Below are positions 22,001-31,126 of a DNA stretch of 64,000 nucleotides, one piece after another. Below the pieces are notes generated by a model, which was not told where the DNA came from, made no database searches, and saw only the letters and a list, made by a program, of their open reading frames with translations. The DNA is from Chitinophagales bacterium (GTDB lineage Bacteria; Bacteroidota; Bacteroidia; Chitinophagales; JAHQVX01), in assembly GCA_965215685.1 (NCBI GenBank), contig OZ244113.1:2927487-2991486 (forward strand). The letters are read 5' to 3'. Position 1 is the first letter of the stretch. The number at the start of each line of letters is the position of its first letter. The position numbers were made by a program, and so were the translations under genes.

Positions 22001-22351
22001 AAGGCCATTGAAATATATGACCTGATGATGGAAAGGTTTTTCACTGGGGCCCTGCCTATGGACGATTTGTTTATTATGGTTAAACTTCCTGAAGTAGCAG
22101 AAGGTTTATATGCCATAGGAGAAAACGAGAAGGCATCGGAACTATCCAGCAAATTAGTGAACAATGCTGCCAAAATGGTCACCTTTGTGGCAACTGCACC
22201 ACGAAATATTGAATTTAGAGAAGAAAAGAACCAGAACGCAAGGGCTACAATTTACAATATGACAAACCTGGCCAAAGAAAACGGTAACGAAAGTGACGCG
22301 CAAAAGTTTGAAGAAATAGAAGCTGGTCTTATTGCAAAGTATGGCGAGTAA
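19028..22351 (+). CDS. DUF2723 (TMEM260-like) multi-pass membrane glycosyltransferase
   Basis: ASFWDCGEFIAAA...HAPGAPLY, WFNAVEAEVYA, GVHLLNLL, YLNREQYGDRPL, PRERDYAY, GDNDTYTLWY. Confidence 0.9.
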   Translation: MNFKKINNIAGWVVFAIAMLTYALTMEKTASFWDCGEFIAAADKLQVVHAPGAPLYLMLGRFFSMFVPAQHVALAVNLLSALSTALAAMFVYWSIAILAKRLLRNKEGELEGKKIWAVIASGIIGALAFVYQDSQWFNAVEAEVYAVSTLLTSAVVWMALKWSEHANEKWSDRLLLGIAYIIGLSLGVHLLNLLALPAIALLFYFYRTEKVNVKGIVLAFLAGCGLLLLVQYGIILELPKLASAFELSFVNGMGLPFGSGLLFLVILIVTALITLIHYANSQKKLFLYIALGALGIVALSLLLRAGSASGILKFLIAAALVVALYVLRDKRELILKGTLGLSFILIGYLSYIMVPIRSNANPPIDINNPENVFNLLSYLNREQYGDRPLLYGNIYTAKPIDYERTDDVYIQKEGKYVDIDDKIKYVFKDEDNMLFPRVWNIHEEHKKQFYADWLGIGKSRPSMFDNLNFLYTYQLDFMYWRYFLWNFGGRQNDIQGHGGPSDGNWESGIEFIDSGRTVKADAYPDSLALNKAKNHFYLIPFILGLIGVLFHFKYNYKDAGVLTALFLLTGIAIVFYLNQEPMQPRERDYAYVGSFMAFAMWIGLAVAGLVKAAESERWKNFGSLCVGLMGVMLALLVLGFNAMNPITAFLILVIALAGLAVLFGIAMLLKDKSTTLKTGVFAAITAIAPILMVSQGWDDHNRNKTHLAQATGKNYLNSTLPNSIIFTEGDNDTYTLWYAQGVEGVREDVRIVNNSLLKGDWYIDQVKQHNGLQPGLDITFDKDDYEGSKLEVTNVLEMIPAADLSEVIKFVKDDSQETKRQLTDGEWVNFIPTNTLVLPVDLDAQVKNGVLTPEDAEMAQDTMIFRLPKERVIRDELMILDLIARYINERPIFFTGESLPNNLGLSPYIRQEGTAFRLTSILDPQVLSEDYSPFDPHVNAMRSYDLIMNTLDDGNVAGGAFLNDNARRQGSRLLETYVKTFAGLARIDEKEKAIEIYDLMMERFFTGALPMDDLFIMVKLPEVAEGLYAIGENEKASELSSKLVNNAAKMVTFVATAPRNIEFREEKNQNARATIYNMTNLAKENGNESDAQKFEEIEAGLIAKYGE

Positions 22352-23078
22352 ACCATCTTTCATTTTTGGTCGCAAACCGGTTTTAGAAGCCCTGGAACAG
22401 GCCGGTAGCATAGATAAAGTGTTAATCGGCAATTACACGTCTTCCGTATTTCAAAAGGAGATCATTCATTTGGCGCGCAATGCTGATGTCCCTTTTCAAT
22501 TTGTTCCACGGGGCAAGTTAGATGGCATTACGGGAAAAAATCATCAGGGAGTAATAGCGTTTAATGCCCTTGTTAAATACTATAGTATAGATGATGTACT
22601 TGCCTTTGTGTATGAACATGGGGGCACGCCTCTATTTTTGGCACTTGACGGGGTAACAGATGTAGGCAATTTCGGTGCAATATGCCGTTCGGCTCTTTGT
22701 ATGGGTGTTGATGCCATTATAATTCCGGAAAAAGGAAATGCCCAGGTAACTGCCCAGGTAGTAAAAGCGTCGGCAGGTGCCGTTGAAAGGGTTAAAATTG
22801 TAAGAGAGAAAAAATTACGCCCCGTACTCACCCACCTTAAAGAAAACGGAATTAAGATATTTACGGCGGATATGAAAGGCAGCTCACCGGAAAGTATAAA
22901 TATGACCGCACCTTGCTGCATTGTAATGGGAAGTGAAGAACTGGGTGTGCGGAAATCTATTAGGGAAATAGCCGATGCATCCGTTGCTATTGAAATGCCG
23001 GGAGATTTTGATTCTTTAAATGTGTCTGTCGCAACAGGGATAGTCCTTTACGAATGTTTTAGACAACGAAAACAGTAA
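22341..23078 (+). CDS. rlmB: 23S rRNA (guanosine-2'-O)-methyltransferase, SpoU family
   Basis: IFGRKPVLEAL, NHQGVIA, LDGVTDVGNFGAICRSA, KASAGA, VMGSEELG, SLNVSVATGI. Start taken at ATG 22341, overlapping the upstream stop. Confidence 0.9.
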   Translation: MASKPSFIFGRKPVLEALEQAGSIDKVLIGNYTSSVFQKEIIHLARNADVPFQFVPRGKLDGITGKNHQGVIAFNALVKYYSIDDVLAFVYEHGGTPLFLALDGVTDVGNFGAICRSALCMGVDAIIIPEKGNAQVTAQVVKASAGAVERVKIVREKKLRPVLTHLKENGIKIFTADMKGSSPESINMTAPCCIVMGSEELGVRKSIREIADASVAIEMPGDFDSLNVSVATGIVLYECFRQRKQ

Positions 23079-23146
23079 AGCTTTCAAAACCGGTAATTAT
23101 GACAATAAGTACACATAAAATTGGATAATCAAGCTTCAATTAATAA

Positions 23147-26100
23147 ATGATTATAATGAGACGACATATATACTTCATACTAGCCACCATTCTATTGCCC
23201 GGAACAATGTATAGTCAACAAAAAGACATTATTACAGACTACAAATACTACATTGAAAATGAACAAGTAATTAGTGCGTTAAAATTGCCTGCTCGCGCTT
23301 CTTTTACCTCATTCACAACTATTGAAGCACGAGAAGCTGACAAGCCTGAATATTTCAAATCATTAAATGGTATCTGGAAATTTAATTGGGTAAGAAACCC
23401 CAAAGAACGTCCTACAACATTCATGAACCCCAAATTTGATGCTTCAGATTGGGATGATATTAAAGTACCATCTAACTGGGAAGTTGAGGGGTTTGGAGTA
23501 CCTATCTATGTAAACCATCAATATGAATTTGCCGACTATAAGGCTCCGGTTGCTGAAGATATGGAATTGACCGATGGAATTTACCCTAAGAATCCCGGAG
23601 ACGTTCCGGACAATTACAATCCCGTTGGCACATATATAAGAGAGTTTACTCTTAATAAGAACTGGAAAGACAAGAATGTTTATTTACATATAGGAGCTAT
23701 GAAATCGGGGGGTTTTGTTTGGGTAAATGGGAAGTTTACCGGTTATTCTCAAGGTAGTAAACTACCTGCCGAATTCAACATTACCGATGCAATTAAAGCC
23801 GGAAAAAATACAGTAGCACTACAAATTTTTCGTTGGACAGATGGTTCCTATTTGGAATGTCAGGATTTTTGGCGTATTAGTGGCATTGAACGAGATGTAT
23901 TTATCTATGCACAACCCAAAATCAGAATTCAGGATTTTGAAATAATCTCCGTCCTGGATGCTGCTTATACCAATGGTGATCTATCCATGAATATAGACCT
24001 GGAAAATCATCTTCTTAAAGATAAAACTGTTACGCTGTCTTATCAGGTGTCAGACATTAACCAAAATATAATCGCTACTGATGAATCAACTTTTCGTACC
24101 AAAAAATCATATACAACGTCAGTCAGTTTTCAATCAACAATTCCTGATGTTAAACCATGGAGTGCTGAACATCCAAATCTTTATACACTTGTTTTAGAAT
24201 TAAAAGATGAAAGAAACAACCTGATTGAAACCACCTCATCAAAAATAGGTTTTCGCTCTGTTGAGATAAAAAACGGATTACTATTAGTAAACGGGCAACG
24301 CATTACATTAAAAGGAGTTAATGCACAGGAAACAGATCCTGAAACAGGGCATGTAATGTCTGAAGAATTGATAATGAAAGATATTCGCATGTGGAAAGAA
24401 AATAACATTAATGCTGTTCGTTTAAGTCATTATCCGAGAGGAAGAAGATTTTATGAGCTATGTGACTATTACGGTTTATATGTTGTGGATGAGGCTAATA
24501 TAGAATCTCATGGCATGTATTATGGCAAATATTCCTTAGCTAAGAAACCGAATTGGGAAAAAGCGCATGTAGATAGAATGGTCCGTATGGTGAAACGTGA
24601 TAGAAATCATCCATCGGTAATTATTTGGTCAATGGGAAATGAAGGTGGCAACGGAGTTAACTTTTTTAAAGGATACACTGCCATAAAAAATAATGATAGA
24701 AGCAAACGACCCGTACAATATGAACGTACTTACAAGGAATATGATGGAAGTATTTATGACATGGAAAGTAATACCGATATAATTGTACCTCAATATCCTA
24801 CTCCTGCCCGTTTTGAAGCAGCGGGTAAATCTAAAACAGACCGACCATTTATACCCAGTGAATATGCGCATTCAATGGGAAACAGCACCGGAAACTTTCA
24901 GGACTATTGGAACATTATTGAACAATACGATAATTTACAAGGGGGCTTTATTTGGGATTGGGTTGATCAATCCATCTGGAAAACCAATAATAAGGGAGAA
25001 CGTTACTATGCCTTTGGTGGAGATTATGGCAAAAACATGCCAACAGATAATACATTTCTTAACAACGGCATCGTATTTCCCGATCGCACTCCGCAACCGG
25101 CACTCTATGAGGTTAAGAAAGCTTATGAGTTTATTAATTTTAAACACAAAGGCATAAACGAACACAACGAATTGAGGGTTCTTATTGAAAATTTATATGA
25201 TTTCACAAACCTCAATCACTTCAATTTCACAGCTCAAATTAAAGCAGATGGCAAAGTTTTAAAAACCTTTACGTTTGAAAATGTTGATGTTGAAACGCAT
25301 ACCGGAAAACTAATTCGCATTCCGCTCAAAGACATAAATTTCATAGCAAACACCGAATATTTTGTAGAAATAGCCGCGACTACAAAAAGCAATTGGGATA
25401 TTTTACCATTAGGATTTGAAGTAGCTCACGAACAAATTGCCTTGACCGGTAAATTCAAAAACACAAAGACAAATATTCCAGAAAGTCCAAAATTAAAGGT
25501 AGAAGACTCTAAGGGAATTCTCACTTTTTCGAATGATCAACTAAATATTGTTTTTAATAAAAACGACGGTAGAATAACATCCTATACTTTCAATGACAAT
25601 GAATTACTTAAAGATGAAAGAGGCCCTAAACCGAATTTTTGGCGAGCCCCAACCGATAATGATTTTGGAAATGGCATGGAATGGAAAAATATTGGGTGGA
25701 AAATAGCTTCAAATAGAGCTACGGTTACAGATTTTAGTGTTGATCAATCTCAAAACCACAGCATTTTATTGACAGTTACTTACACTTTACCTGCTGTTGA
25801 AACTACTTTTACTACAATCTATACAATTTATGGTAATGGAGTTATTCATATCAAAAACACATTAGATACAACTGCCTATAAAGGTGATATTCCAAGAATT
25901 GGTATGCGTATGCAAATGCCCGGGACCCATAGTAATTTAACCTATTTCGGAAGAGGACCCTGGGAAAATTACCAAGACCGTAACTCCTCGGCTTTTATTG
26001 ATTTGTACTCATCAAAAGTGGCTGACCAATATGTACCATACATTCGGCCACAAGACAATGGTTATAAAACAGATACGAGATGGTTGGCCCTGTCTGATGA

Positions 26101-26455
26101 AAACAGTAATGGAATTTTATTCGTTTCCAATAATGTAAACGGATTTGGATTTAGCGCGCTTCATATGGAAAATGAAGATTTTGACACCACCAACGGAACA
26201 GATTACAAAAACTCAAATAGAAGTAAACACACCATTGATATAAAGGAGAAAGATTTAGTGCAACTAAATATAGATTTAGGACAACGTGGTTTAGGAGGAG
26301 ACGATAGTTGGTATTCTATGCCACAGGAACAATACCTTTTTAAGGGAAGTAAGAAACACTCATACAGTTTTTTTATGATACCTTTTGAAGGCGGAACTCC
26401 TGAAAAATATTTGGAATTAAGCAAGCTATACAAAAACGTAAGCAACAATAACTAA
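23147..26455 (+). CDS. lacZ: Beta-galactosidase, glycoside hydrolase family 2 (secreted)
   Basis: Signal peptide, LECQDFWRISGIERDV, NAVRLSHYP, acid/base WSMGNEGG, nucleophile PSEYAHSMGN, GGFIWDWVDQ, and a small-chain domain. Confidence 0.92.
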   Translation: MIIMRRHIYFILATILLPGTMYSQQKDIITDYKYYIENEQVISALKLPARASFTSFTTIEAREADKPEYFKSLNGIWKFNWVRNPKERPTTFMNPKFDASDWDDIKVPSNWEVEGFGVPIYVNHQYEFADYKAPVAEDMELTDGIYPKNPGDVPDNYNPVGTYIREFTLNKNWKDKNVYLHIGAMKSGGFVWVNGKFTGYSQGSKLPAEFNITDAIKAGKNTVALQIFRWTDGSYLECQDFWRISGIERDVFIYAQPKIRIQDFEIISVLDAAYTNGDLSMNIDLENHLLKDKTVTLSYQVSDINQNIIATDESTFRTKKSYTTSVSFQSTIPDVKPWSAEHPNLYTLVLELKDERNNLIETTSSKIGFRSVEIKNGLLLVNGQRITLKGVNAQETDPETGHVMSEELIMKDIRMWKENNINAVRLSHYPRGRRFYELCDYYGLYVVDEANIESHGMYYGKYSLAKKPNWEKAHVDRMVRMVKRDRNHPSVIIWSMGNEGGNGVNFFKGYTAIKNNDRSKRPVQYERTYKEYDGSIYDMESNTDIIVPQYPTPARFEAAGKSKTDRPFIPSEYAHSMGNSTGNFQDYWNIIEQYDNLQGGFIWDWVDQSIWKTNNKGERYYAFGGDYGKNMPTDNTFLNNGIVFPDRTPQPALYEVKKAYEFINFKHKGINEHNELRVLIENLYDFTNLNHFNFTAQIKADGKVLKTFTFENVDVETHTGKLIRIPLKDINFIANTEYFVEIAATTKSNWDILPLGFEVAHEQIALTGKFKNTKTNIPESPKLKVEDSKGILTFSNDQLNIVFNKNDGRITSYTFNDNELLKDERGPKPNFWRAPTDNDFGNGMEWKNIGWKIASNRATVTDFSVDQSQNHSILLTVTYTLPAVETTFTTIYTIYGNGVIHIKNTLDTTAYKGDIPRIGMRMQMPGTHSNLTYFGRGPWENYQDRNSSAFIDLYSSKVADQYVPYIRPQDNGYKTDTRWLALSDENSNGILFVSNNVNGFGFSALHMENEDFDTTNGTDYKNSNRSKHTIDIKEKDLVQLNIDLGQRGLGGDDSWYSMPQEQYLFKGSKKHSYSFFMIPFEGGTPEKYLELSKLYKNVSNNN

Positions 26456-26474
26456 ATATAAGGGCCATTTACAA

Positions 26475-27419
26475 TCAAACAGAAACCCCCGAAGAAGCCC
26501 TCAAATGAGAGATCATATCTTTCACCATGCTTTCGGTATTAAATTTCGGATCCCAATTCCAGTCATTTCTTGCTACCGAATCGTCTAAACTTGAAGGCCA
26601 ACTCTCCGCAATAGCCTGCCGGTAATCAGGTTTGTAATCAATCGTAAAATCAGGGATGTGTTTTTGAATCTCTTGTGCCAATTCAGCCGGACAAAAACTC
26701 ATTCCCGAAATGTTATAGGACATTCTAATAGTAAGAGATTCGGCCGGAGCTTCCATAAGCCTTAATACTCCTTCAATTGCATCATTCATGTACAGCATGG
26801 GCAAATAGGTATCGGCTTTCAAAAAACAATCGTAATGACTGTGGCTCAGTGCCTTGTGAAATATTTCCACGGCATAATCGGTAGTTCCTCCGCCAGGTTC
26901 GCCCAGATGGCTAATAATACCCGGAAAGCGCACACTTCGCACATCAATACCATATTGCTGATGATAATACTGACACCACATTTCACCTGTAAACTTGCTG
27001 ATGCCATAAACAGTGGTGGGTTCACATATTGTGGCCTGAGGAACGTCAAAATCGGGAGTGGTTTTACCAAATACACCTATAGATGAAGGCCAGAAAACCT
27101 TTGTTCCAAACTCCCGCGCAATTTCCAATACATTCATCAGTCCCTTAAAATTGATCTGCCAGGCCATTTCCGGGCGCTTTTCACCGGCGGCAGAAAGGAT
27201 TGCGGCTAAATGATAGATTTCATTGATCTCATATTTTTCAATCAATTGCCTGAATTTTTCAGAGTCCAACACATCGAGTGTTTCCGATTCGAAATCAGAA
27301 TTGTCGCTTGGGTGAAGATCAGTACAAAGAATTTTTACTCCGGGATAAGCATCAGCCAGCATGCAGGCTAAATTGCTTCCTATTTGTCCGTTGGAACCGG
27401 TGATAAGAATGTGTCTCAT
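26475..27419 (-). CDS. NAD-dependent epimerase/dehydratase, SDR-type L-threonine 3-dehydrogenase-like
   Basis: ITGSNGQIG, YHLAAILSAAGE, WPSSIGVFG, TTVYGISK, GGGTTDYAVEIF, PDYRQAIAESWP. Start at ATG 27419 (MRHILITG). Confidence 0.85.
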   Translation of the reverse strand: MRHILITGSNGQIGSNLACMLADAYPGVKILCTDLHPSDNSDFESETLDVLDSEKFRQLIEKYEINEIYHLAAILSAAGEKRPEMAWQINFKGLMNVLEIAREFGTKVFWPSSIGVFGKTTPDFDVPQATICEPTTVYGISKFTGEMWCQYYHQQYGIDVRSVRFPGIISHLGEPGGGTTDYAVEIFHKALSHSHYDCFLKADTYLPMLYMNDAIEGVLRLMEAPAESLTIRMSYNISGMSFCPAELAQEIQKHIPDFTIDYKPDYRQAIAESWPSSLDDSVARNDWNWDPKFNTESMVKDMISHLRASSGVSV

Positions 27420-27944
27420 TCGCGTATGTTTTGCGAAGTTATTGAAACAAAAAAATATTAGGCACAACTTTACCGCAGGATATGAACATGGCTATGACTT
27501 TGTGCAAAGATGCATCATGCTTTTGCATGTTTATTTGCGGCTAATTCCGGTTCTAACTAACTTAGGCAAACAAAAAATTAGCCATAAGGAGCTTTTTGCG
27601 AGGACTGCCGTTGTGCTTAATAAATTCTTAGAATGAAATTTCAAAAAGAAATTGAAGCTCTTTTGAAAAGATATCCTTCTCTTAAAGAAAGCGGGAGGAT
27701 TACTTCAAAATCTGAAGCAATCAAGGTCGGTTTTGAACCGATCAGCAAATTGTAGAAGGTTTTGACCTTTAAAAATTTCCATAATAACCCTAATTTTATT
27801 GAATCCTAAGTTAAGTATTTAAGTGACGACTTCTATAAATTTAATCTAACCAGGCATGCCCGATTAGATTAAAACAACTAACTTTATTATAAAACAAATC
27901 CATCGGTCAGACTTAAGCGGACACCCCGCACTACATGTATTAAT

Positions 27945-30626
27945 ATGAACAGACTTATCCTAGTAACCTTAATTAGCATCGCACTTCAGGTTAATTTAAG
28001 TGCACAGATAAAACTTATACCTACTCCGCAAAAGTTAGAACTTAAAAATGCAAAATTTGAGTTTACAAATCCAACCAAAATCATAAGTAATGACTTAGAT
28101 ACTTTTTTAATAATAGAACTATCAAACTGTATTGAAAAGGAATTAGGTTTTCAACTAAAGAACAAGGCAAAACCTAAGAGCAGTATTGAATTTATAAAGG
28201 CTGCTTCGGCAGAAGAATTAGCTACTGTTTTAAGGAGAAACAAGTTAAACCCAACATTTAGTACTGGTGCAGAAGGGTATGTATTGGATATTTCCTCGAA
28301 AAAAATAAAAATTATTGCTCAAACAGATGCAGGAATCTTTTACGGTGTTCAGACCTTAAAGCAAATAATCACCGCCAACAAAACAGGAAACACTATCCCA
28401 TCTATGGTGATCCATGACTATCCGGATTTTCCTGTTCGCGCCTGGCAAGACGATATTAGCAGAGGCCCTATACCAAGCATGGAATTACTAAAGGAGCAGA
28501 TCAGGACGATGGCTTCTTACAAACAGAATTTTTTTCATTTATACATTGAGCATGTTTTTAAATTGGAAAAGCACCCTGGTATAGCCCCTGCCAGTGGTAT
28601 TTCAAAAGCACAATTACATGAGTTAAGCCAATACGCCAAAAAATATCATGTTCAGCTTATTGGAAGTTATCAATCTTTTGGGCATATGGAAGAAACCTTA
28701 TCGCATCCTGACTATAAGCACCTTGCCGAAAACGACCACATTATCTCCCCTGCTTTAAAAGAATCCTATGAGTTTCTTGAAGATGTTTACTCGGAAATAG
28801 TGCCAGAATTTGGTAGTAAATTTTTTAATATTAACTGTGATGAAACCCATGGACTGGGAGAGGGAAAATCGAAAGAAATGGTTGATAGCTTAGGTATCGA
28901 TGGCGTTTATATATATCACATCAATAAACTAAATAAAATTCTGGAAAAGTATGATAAAAACATACTAATGTGGGGGGATATTGTAAGTCGTTATCCTAAT
29001 TCAATTGATCAGCTGCCCAAAGATATTACCGTTATGGCATGGGGCTATCATATTGCCGATAGCTTCGATTATGCCATTGCCCCTTTAGCAAATAGCGGAC
29101 TTGATTTTTGGGTTGCTCCCGGAATCAGTTGTTGGTCAACTATATTTCCGAATATTCATACAGCAGAAATTAATATATATAACTTCATCCGCGACGGATA
29201 CAAACACAAAGCCAGCGGGGTACTAAATACAAGTTGGGATGATGACGGATTAAACTTCTTTCACAACAACTGGCACGGTTTAATATGGGGGGCTGAAAAT
29301 AGTTGGAAAGCTCCTGCATACGGTAATTCAAAGGAACAATCTGATAAAAAAAGAACAGCACGTTTTAAAATGTTCAATAGTGCTTACGACGAACTTTTTT
29401 ACGGCGTGAAGAATGGATCACTCACAGACCTTATTATCGAATTCTCTAATCTTCACCAAAGGGAAGTAAGAAACGCATTAAGAAACAGCCGGTTTTTTGA
29501 ATCAATATTCCCAATACATCTTGAATATAGTTCTGAAGAAAAGAGGCAGGAAAATTTAAAGCTACTGAGCCAGCTAACAAACCTGAATAATAGTATTGAC
29601 AGTTTAACTGCTCAGGTTACTAATAACGCTATAACCATTGAGTACCTCAAATTTGCTATCCGTCAAGTTCAGTTTACGCTCAATAAAAACCTTCTGCGCA
29701 TAGCATTATTTCATTATATAAATACCGATTCAGAAATATCCGCTATAGAAATTAAAAAAGAGATAAGCGAACTATTACAAGAAGTAGAAGAATTAAGAAA
29801 GGAGTACAGAACTTTATGGCTTAAAGAGAACCGGCCTTATTGGCTAGAAAACAACCTTACAAAATATGACAGACTAATAGAAGAACTAACCAATCTTGAA
29901 GGTTATTGTATAATTACGCCTGATACTAAGATCTCTGAAAAGGGAAGAAAGGTCACATTACGTTCCTTATATGGAGACCTGCCTGTTTACTACACAATAA
30001 ATGATGACAGCGTAACACATTTGCATAAAAAATATACGAAACCGATATTTCTTAAGGATAACGCAACCATTAAGGCAAGAGTGATCTCTGATGTAAAAAA
30101 ATACCCCATTTCTGAAAGCACGCTTGTATATCATAAGGCAATTGGGAAATTACATCGGCTAAATGCCAAACACAGCACCTACCACCCCAGTTACGATGGA
30201 GGGGGAAAATATGGCTTACTGGATGGCAAACAAGGAGACACGGATAACTTAAGAAGCGGAAAATGGCAAGGGTTTTCCGGGCAAAATATCGATATCGAAA
30301 TAGATTTGGATGAGAAACAGCCCATTAATTCGTTGTCAATGGGCTTCTTCCAAAATACCGGTTCATGGATTATTTTTCCTGTAAAGGTCGAAATATACGT
30401 TAAAGACAATGCGGAAGATGAGTATATATTGCTTGACACCATTACCAATACAATTATGCCGGAAGAAAAAGGTGCTTTAAAACAAAACCTGACAACTGAA
30501 TTTGAAGATGTACGAACGCGATACATAAGGGTAATTGCATATACTTATGGGAAATTACCGGAATGGCATCACGCAGGTTCCAAATATGATTCTATGCTAT
30601 TTTCTGATGAGATTATCTTAAAATAA
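27945..30626 (+). CDS. Beta-N-acetylhexosaminidase, GH20, with C-terminal chitobiase-like and F5/8-type domains
   Basis: Signal peptide, EGYVLDIS...AGIFYGVQTLKQ, RAWQDDISRG, catalytic NINCDETHG, MWGD, and C-terminal WIIFP...RYIRV...FSDEI. Confidence 0.88.
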   Translation: MNRLILVTLISIALQVNLSAQIKLIPTPQKLELKNAKFEFTNPTKIISNDLDTFLIIELSNCIEKELGFQLKNKAKPKSSIEFIKAASAEELATVLRRNKLNPTFSTGAEGYVLDISSKKIKIIAQTDAGIFYGVQTLKQIITANKTGNTIPSMVIHDYPDFPVRAWQDDISRGPIPSMELLKEQIRTMASYKQNFFHLYIEHVFKLEKHPGIAPASGISKAQLHELSQYAKKYHVQLIGSYQSFGHMEETLSHPDYKHLAENDHIISPALKESYEFLEDVYSEIVPEFGSKFFNINCDETHGLGEGKSKEMVDSLGIDGVYIYHINKLNKILEKYDKNILMWGDIVSRYPNSIDQLPKDITVMAWGYHIADSFDYAIAPLANSGLDFWVAPGISCWSTIFPNIHTAEINIYNFIRDGYKHKASGVLNTSWDDDGLNFFHNNWHGLIWGAENSWKAPAYGNSKEQSDKKRTARFKMFNSAYDELFYGVKNGSLTDLIIEFSNLHQREVRNALRNSRFFESIFPIHLEYSSEEKRQENLKLLSQLTNLNNSIDSLTAQVTNNAITIEYLKFAIRQVQFTLNKNLLRIALFHYINTDSEISAIEIKKEISELLQEVEELRKEYRTLWLKENRPYWLENNLTKYDRLIEELTNLEGYCIITPDTKISEKGRKVTLRSLYGDLPVYYTINDDSVTHLHKKYTKPIFLKDNATIKARVISDVKKYPISESTLVYHKAIGKLHRLNAKHSTYHPSYDGGGKYGLLDGKQGDTDNLRSGKWQGFSGQNIDIEIDLDEKQPINSLSMGFFQNTGSWIIFPVKVEIYVKDNAEDEYILLDTITNTIMPEEKGALKQNLTTEFEDVRTRYIRVIAYTYGKLPEWHHAGSKYDSMLFSDEIILK

Positions 30627-30796
30627 CGTGAATAATGGATAAGATTAATTGCCGAATTTGTCATCATTTTTGGTCAAAAATGCCGCCAAATTCTCACGTT
30701 TTTCGCTTTGTAGCCTGGAGTAAAAACCCCAGGCCACAAATATTAAGCTCCTACGGAGCTTTTTCCGTCCTAATTTAGGTTATACATTATTCACGT
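30626..30796. mobile_element. 171-bp MITE with ACGTGAATAATG terminal IRs
   Basis: Perfect 12-bp TIRs and a perfect 7-bp target duplication TAAAATA (30619-30625 and 30797-30803). No ORF; internal hairpins. Confidence 0.8.
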
Positions 30797-31126
30797 TAAA
30801 ATAACTTAACATTCTTATGGTCAAAACAACGGAACATAAATGCGGTGTTGTTCCTATCTCGTTGTAAAGCAGAAGTTTTTAGTGTACTTAGCGACTATGC
30901 CGGTAATTGCACAGATACCGATTCCGCTTGAAGCATTATTTTAACGCGAATTCGACTTAAGAAACTTTTACAGTGATTTGATTATCAATTTTTTAACCAC
31001 GAATGCACGAATTTTTTCGTTGTCAACAACCTCTGTTTCGCTTCAGTGAAACACATTAGTGCTCTTCGTTCCAAATTAATCACCAAGATTTTCGCGCTAA
31101 TTCGCAAATTCGTAGTTAATCTAATT

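Noticed and set aside
27633-27755. 40-aa ORF MKFQKEIEALLKRYPSLKESGRITSKSEAIKVGFEPISKL
   Set aside because: Too short, with no family motif or independent evidence.
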